Assembly (NCBI GenBank): GCA_051294375.1
Contig: CM119269.1
Span: 7,359,446 to 7,423,445 of the forward strand
Length of the DNA stretch: 64,000 bases
Direction of reading: 5' to 3'
DNA from: Paraspadella gotoi
Lineage: Eukaryota > Animalia > Chaetognatha
Shown: positions 61,101 to 64,000 of the stretch, in pieces
How positions within the stretch are numbered: position 1 is the first letter of the stretch
Layout of the letters: every line of letters starts with the position of its first letter
Program-made: the position numbers and the translations under genes
The notes under the pieces: model-generated
Seen by the model: the letters and a program-made list of their open reading frames with translations, nothing else
Database searches by the model: none
Told to the model about the DNA's origin: nothing

Positions 61101-64000
61101 ATTTTTTTTTATTTCAAACTAATCTTACTACAGATTATTTCGAACACGGTTGAGCCGAGTTCATTACCCGCAACTTCGAAATCTCACGAAGTCATTGTCG
61201 GTGAGTCAAATGTCTGCCAAGTAAATCATTTGGTAATCACTGATCACTATCTCTCACTAAAATTTTTTTTTCAAATGTTGACGAAAGCAAAAACAGAAGA
61301 AAAAAATCTTTGAGAAAAGTGAGAAAGAGAGATTTTAATCGTAACAACAGAGTTTTCTGGAAATAAACTTGGCAATATAACAATTGGTATCGATCGATAA
61401 TAGTGATTATTAGTAATAGATAGTAATACGGTATATGTTTCTTCCAGGAGGCATCGATCAGTTGATGTTAGGCGAGAGTCTGGCCGAGCTTATGGAAGTC
61501 GACTCGTCTGCTGAGAACGAGAATTTCGGGTAAAAAACAGGGATGTGGAGCTGGGGTCGGAGCAGCCGGAGCTGGCATATTTGGCTGAAGCTGGAGCTAA
61601 ATTTATTTTCTGACTGGACCGGGAACCGGAGCTGGAGCTGAGACTTTATCATGGCTGGAGCTGGAGTGCTGGAAAAACTGCCACTCAAAAAAAAATTTGT
61701 GAAATAATAAAATTTTATAAAAATTAAAAATGATATTATTTTTTTTAATTATCATCAATTAAGAAATGCTATTCGATGACAATGATCATCAATTAAGAAA
61801 TGCTATTTGATGACAATGATCATCAATTAAGAAATGCTATTCGATGACAATGATCATCAATTAAGAAATGCTATTCGATGACAATGATCATCAATTAAGA
61901 AATGCTATTCGATGACAATGATCATCAATTAAGAAATGCTATTCGATGACAATGATCATCAATTAAGAAATGCTATTCGATGACAATGATCATCAATTAA
62001 GAAATGCTATTCGATGACAATGATCATCAATTAAGAAATGCTATTCGATGACAATGATCATCAATTAAGATAGTTTTACTTACGATTTTCATTCATGATG
62101 AAATATAAAACTTTAACGTTTAACGCGATTTGATTCAAAGCGTTATTAAAAAAGACATAATAAATTAATTCAACTTTATTATAACTTGATCAACAGCTAG
62201 AACACCTTAGTAGTGACAATTTTTTTAATGTATTTTTTATTCTTAAAATATCTAATATTGAAGAGACAGTAATTATTGTTGTGTTAGTGACAGAACCGTT
62301 CAATATAAGCAGTACCTGAGCTTCGTTTCAATTATAAATTTGAAGAGCAAAAACAAAGTTTTGAAAACAAAGTTTTGTCAAAAAAAGGGTTCGTTATTTT
62401 CCGTTTAATTTTGTTTTGTTTTTTTCTCGCCAGAACAAAGAAGACCAGCAACGCCTCTTTCGGCACAATTCCCAATGAAACGTCTGATGAGATTCGTGAG
62501 AAAACAGAAGGCGAGAGCCTTCTTAGTAAGTACAAAGTAGAGCGTGGTAAGCCATTGTATATTAAGTGTAAATTTTTGTTTTTAGTTGCTCCGCGACTAC
62601 TATAAGTAACTTTTCGGTCCGAGACAAGTCTTTATTTTATATGTATATTTCCATTTATTTATTAAACTTTATTCAGGTCTGCTATTCCGACCGACCGGAT
62701 CCAAATCTGTCGGCGTTGTCGGTGACGGCGACTCCAACCACGCCGTCCACTCTGGCGGAGTCGTGGACAACGCCGTTTCGCCGACATCCTCGTCAACGTC
62801 GTCATCGTCGGATCCTGTTCTCCGCCCTCGATCCTGCAGTCACAGTCTCGTACTTCGTTCGACGCCGGCCACGACGCCCCCAAAACGCGGCGCCACTTCC
62901 GATTCCTTTCTTCTTCGTTGCGGCGATCTGCGTCCGCCCGGCGTCATTTTCGGATCGGCGTCGCCTCAAAAAAAGTCGGCGCCAATTATCGTCACGCGAG
63001 CGACGGTGGAGGGCGTTGATTCTCGCGGCGTCGAAGCTGTCGGCGCCATCTTGATCGACTCTGGCGTCGCGGCGACGACCGATGTTGAAAAGAAAGGTAA
63101 CTAACTACATTAGTCAAATTGAATGTATTTATTCTTTTACTTTTTATAAAAAAAATTATAGGCTTATTATTAGATTCATATTACAAATTCAATTTGTAAA
63201 AACTAATAACAAAAAATTATTAAAGAATAAAAATAAATGAAAAACTCATTTAAAAATATGAACATTTGACGTCTTTTGTTTTCGTCAGCGCCTTCTCTCC
63301 TCGAGGTTTTGCTGCTGAACTCGAATTCGAATCATTTGCAACCCACCTGCGATTCTTCGTCGACGGCGGCGGCGACGTCGTCAGCAGCGGCGGCGTCTGT
63401 AAATTCCTCTGCAGCGGCGTCACCGTCGTCGTCGGTTTTGCCTCCCTCCCTTCCCAGCGCCGCCGCTTACCCGATGCTGCCGCCGGCGCTGCATCCGTCG
63501 ACGCAGGACGACGCCGCCTCGCGTTTAGCAAAAATCAGAATGATCCAGCAAAAGTTGATGTCCGAACATTCCGTGCTGCAACAGCAACATCAAGAACAAC
63601 AGATTTCCCCGCAACGACCGAAGAATCAGCTCGTGCAGCTGTTAAAGCAGAGGAGTCCGGCAAAAAATATCGATGTCCCCTTTGGCGGAACGCAGCATCG
63701 CGCGCCGGCGCCGCAATCCGCGCCGCATTTCATTCCAGCCCCGCAACACTCGCCGACTACTCTTGCTATCCAGACTCCTTACCCTCTGACGCTGCACAAT
63801 CAGCAGCATCCTCGGGAATGGACGAAACGAACTCACGAAACTTCACATAGAACTTACACTCAACGTCAGCTTCATCAACAGCAAACTCCGCAGCAAGGTC
63901 AACTGTTACAACAGCATGAGCAGCTGCAGGAGCTTTCGATAAAGACCGAAGATGGGTTAGCTTTCGCTTTTGGATCCCCTGAATCTTTTCCGACGCTTTT
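47166..64000 (+). CDS. FoxO: Forkhead box O transcription factor, 3'-partial, at least 13 exons
   Basis: Forkhead domain [55 protein letters not shown] (57543-57711) | [31 protein letters not shown] (59096-59278), including the FoxO-specific insert. Akt-type sites RSRCNTWP (~47703), RRRAAT, RPRPLT; LxxLL motifs LEVLL and LVQLL. Other exons 47166-47265, 47642-47939, (49949-50009?), 50854-51001, 56839-56976, 59559-60120, 60920-61032, 61134-61200, 61448-61529, 62434-62525, 62677-63096, 63289 onward. Phases agree from 50854 on; the 5' junctions need a 1-nt fix or weak splice sites. Confidence 0.93.
51351..51756 (+). mobile_element. HINE/DINE-1-like non-autonomous Helentron-type element
   Basis: Perfect 16-bp inverted repeat tttttagtcggatctg (51351) / cagatccgactaaaaa (51741), internal (GGAC/AGAC)n microsatellite, 3' hairpin ggatctg-ctgataat-cagatcc, T-run insertion context. 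Confidence 0.7.
52279..54297 (-). CDS. XK-related multi-pass membrane protein, intronless, frameshifted (gene or pseudogene), nested in a FoxO intron
   Basis: Three overlapping hydrophobic ORFs (53440-54306, 52886-53545, 52279-53019). XK-family hallmarks [23 protein letters not shown] (cf. ESAPQLxLQ) and FPIVSLLLS. Frame changes near 53442 and ~52960. Confidence 0.65.
54820..55030 (-). mobile_element. Degenerate HINE-like copy, opposite orientation to 51351-51756
   Basis: (GTCC)n microsatellite; the reverse complement reads ...gaccgtcagaccgacata...gccggaatctgcaatgggcagat, similar to the 3' ends at ~14800 and ~51700. Confidence 0.5.
55431..55982. mobile_element. Tc1/mariner-type MITE with ~31-bp imperfect TIRs and TA flanks
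   Basis: Left ta-cactcctgtgcaaaaaaacgagccacttta vs reverse complement of right end ta-cagtcatgtgcaaaaaaatcgcgccacttta; AT-rich non-coding interior. Confidence 0.75.
57157..57359 (+). mobile_element. SINE-like repeat family B, copy 1 (internally deleted)
   Basis: Homologous to 60204-60415: tatggtg.actaaaatccaccaaccgttc.tcagcggc.attggtgc.gga.gcaagtcattcgcc ... cagtt.aagagg ... aagctca ... ctgtctctt. Confidence 0.8.
57809..58765. mobile_element. MITE with ~60-bp TIRs and a second nested inverted-repeat pair (~58030/~58310)
   Basis: catggtgacaattttacaagcgccggta...gctgtcatttgcaaaccagtggtta (57809-57869) vs taaccactggtttgcaaatgacagc...taccggcgcttgtaaaattgtcaccatg (58706-58765); inner pair cggcccagc / gctgggccg. 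Confidence 0.85.
60204..60415 (+). mobile_element. SINE-like repeat family B, copy 2 (5' hairpin, tRNA-Gly-like head, twister-like core)
   Basis: Hairpin ggtgga-ctaaaa-tccacc; tRNA-like 60237-60308 with acceptor stem gcggcca/tggtcgt, anticodon-loop-like ctcccaa and T-loop ggggttctcgccc; structured 3' domain 60311-60386. Confidence 0.8.
60311..60386 (+). ncRNA. Twister ribozyme-like motif in circularly permuted (type-P5) order, degenerate
   Basis: Closing stem GGCAGUU/GACUGUC; then GAGG; UAA-UCC-GC; P3 CUGUAACA/UGUUACAG; P4 CCUGA/UCAGG with loop UCCGAAGC whose CC can pair with the GG of GAGG. P1 and P2 pair poorly. Confidence 0.5.
61538..61686 (+). mobile_element. Truncated non-autonomous DNA-transposon end with GGAGCT/GGAGCC hexamer repeats
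   Basis: Starts cagggatgtggagctggggtcggagcagccggagct with repeated ggagct units, a layout common in invertebrate hAT-like MITEs; the other end was not found. Confidence 0.45.
61751..62070 (+). repeat. Minisatellite, 34-bp unit atcatcaattaagaaatgctattcgatgacaatg, ~9.4 near-identical copies
   Basis: Directly visible; one C>T variant in copy 2; no spacers. Confidence 0.95.

Noticed and set aside
61751-62070. 34-bp repeats as a CRISPR array
   Set aside because: Units are head-to-tail with no spacers, inside a eukaryotic intron, with no cas genes.
63266-63850. 194-aa ORF from the track as the coding frame
   Set aside because: Splice phase from 63096 selects a different frame (PSLLEVLLL...Q-rich) that stays open to the window end.

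Overview
Animal (metazoan) nuclear DNA from a draft assembly: AT-rich, microsatellite-rich introns, short CpG-rich exons, several N gaps. Bases ~1.0-11.9 kb are one ~5 kb inverted duplication whose second arm is full of small indels (probably a fold-back/chimeric-read artefact). By manual GT-AG splicing I can build six genes: the 3' part of a protocadherin-like cadherin (+, 21009-30808), a Cupin_5/DUF985 gene (-, 31880-33990), a C8orf34-like D/D-domain gene (-, 34893-37438), CCDC181 (-, 38034-44885), a many-exon FoxO (+, 47166 to beyond 64000) and an intronless, frameshifted XK-related gene nested antisense in a FoxO intron (-, 52279-54297). Five of the six models need 1-nt indel corrections or an in-frame stop bypass, most likely consensus errors. 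The most interesting signal is two different short dispersed repeat families (2 copies each, plus a possible third relic) that share the layout 5' hairpin + tRNA-like Pol III head + twister-ribozyme-like core, apparently in two circular permutations; all copies deviate from the twister consensus, so activity is unproven. MITEs, Helentron-type (HINE-like) elements, minisatellites and a CCA-tailed tRNA-Leu fragment are also present. All family assignments come from recognising motifs by eye, not from searches.
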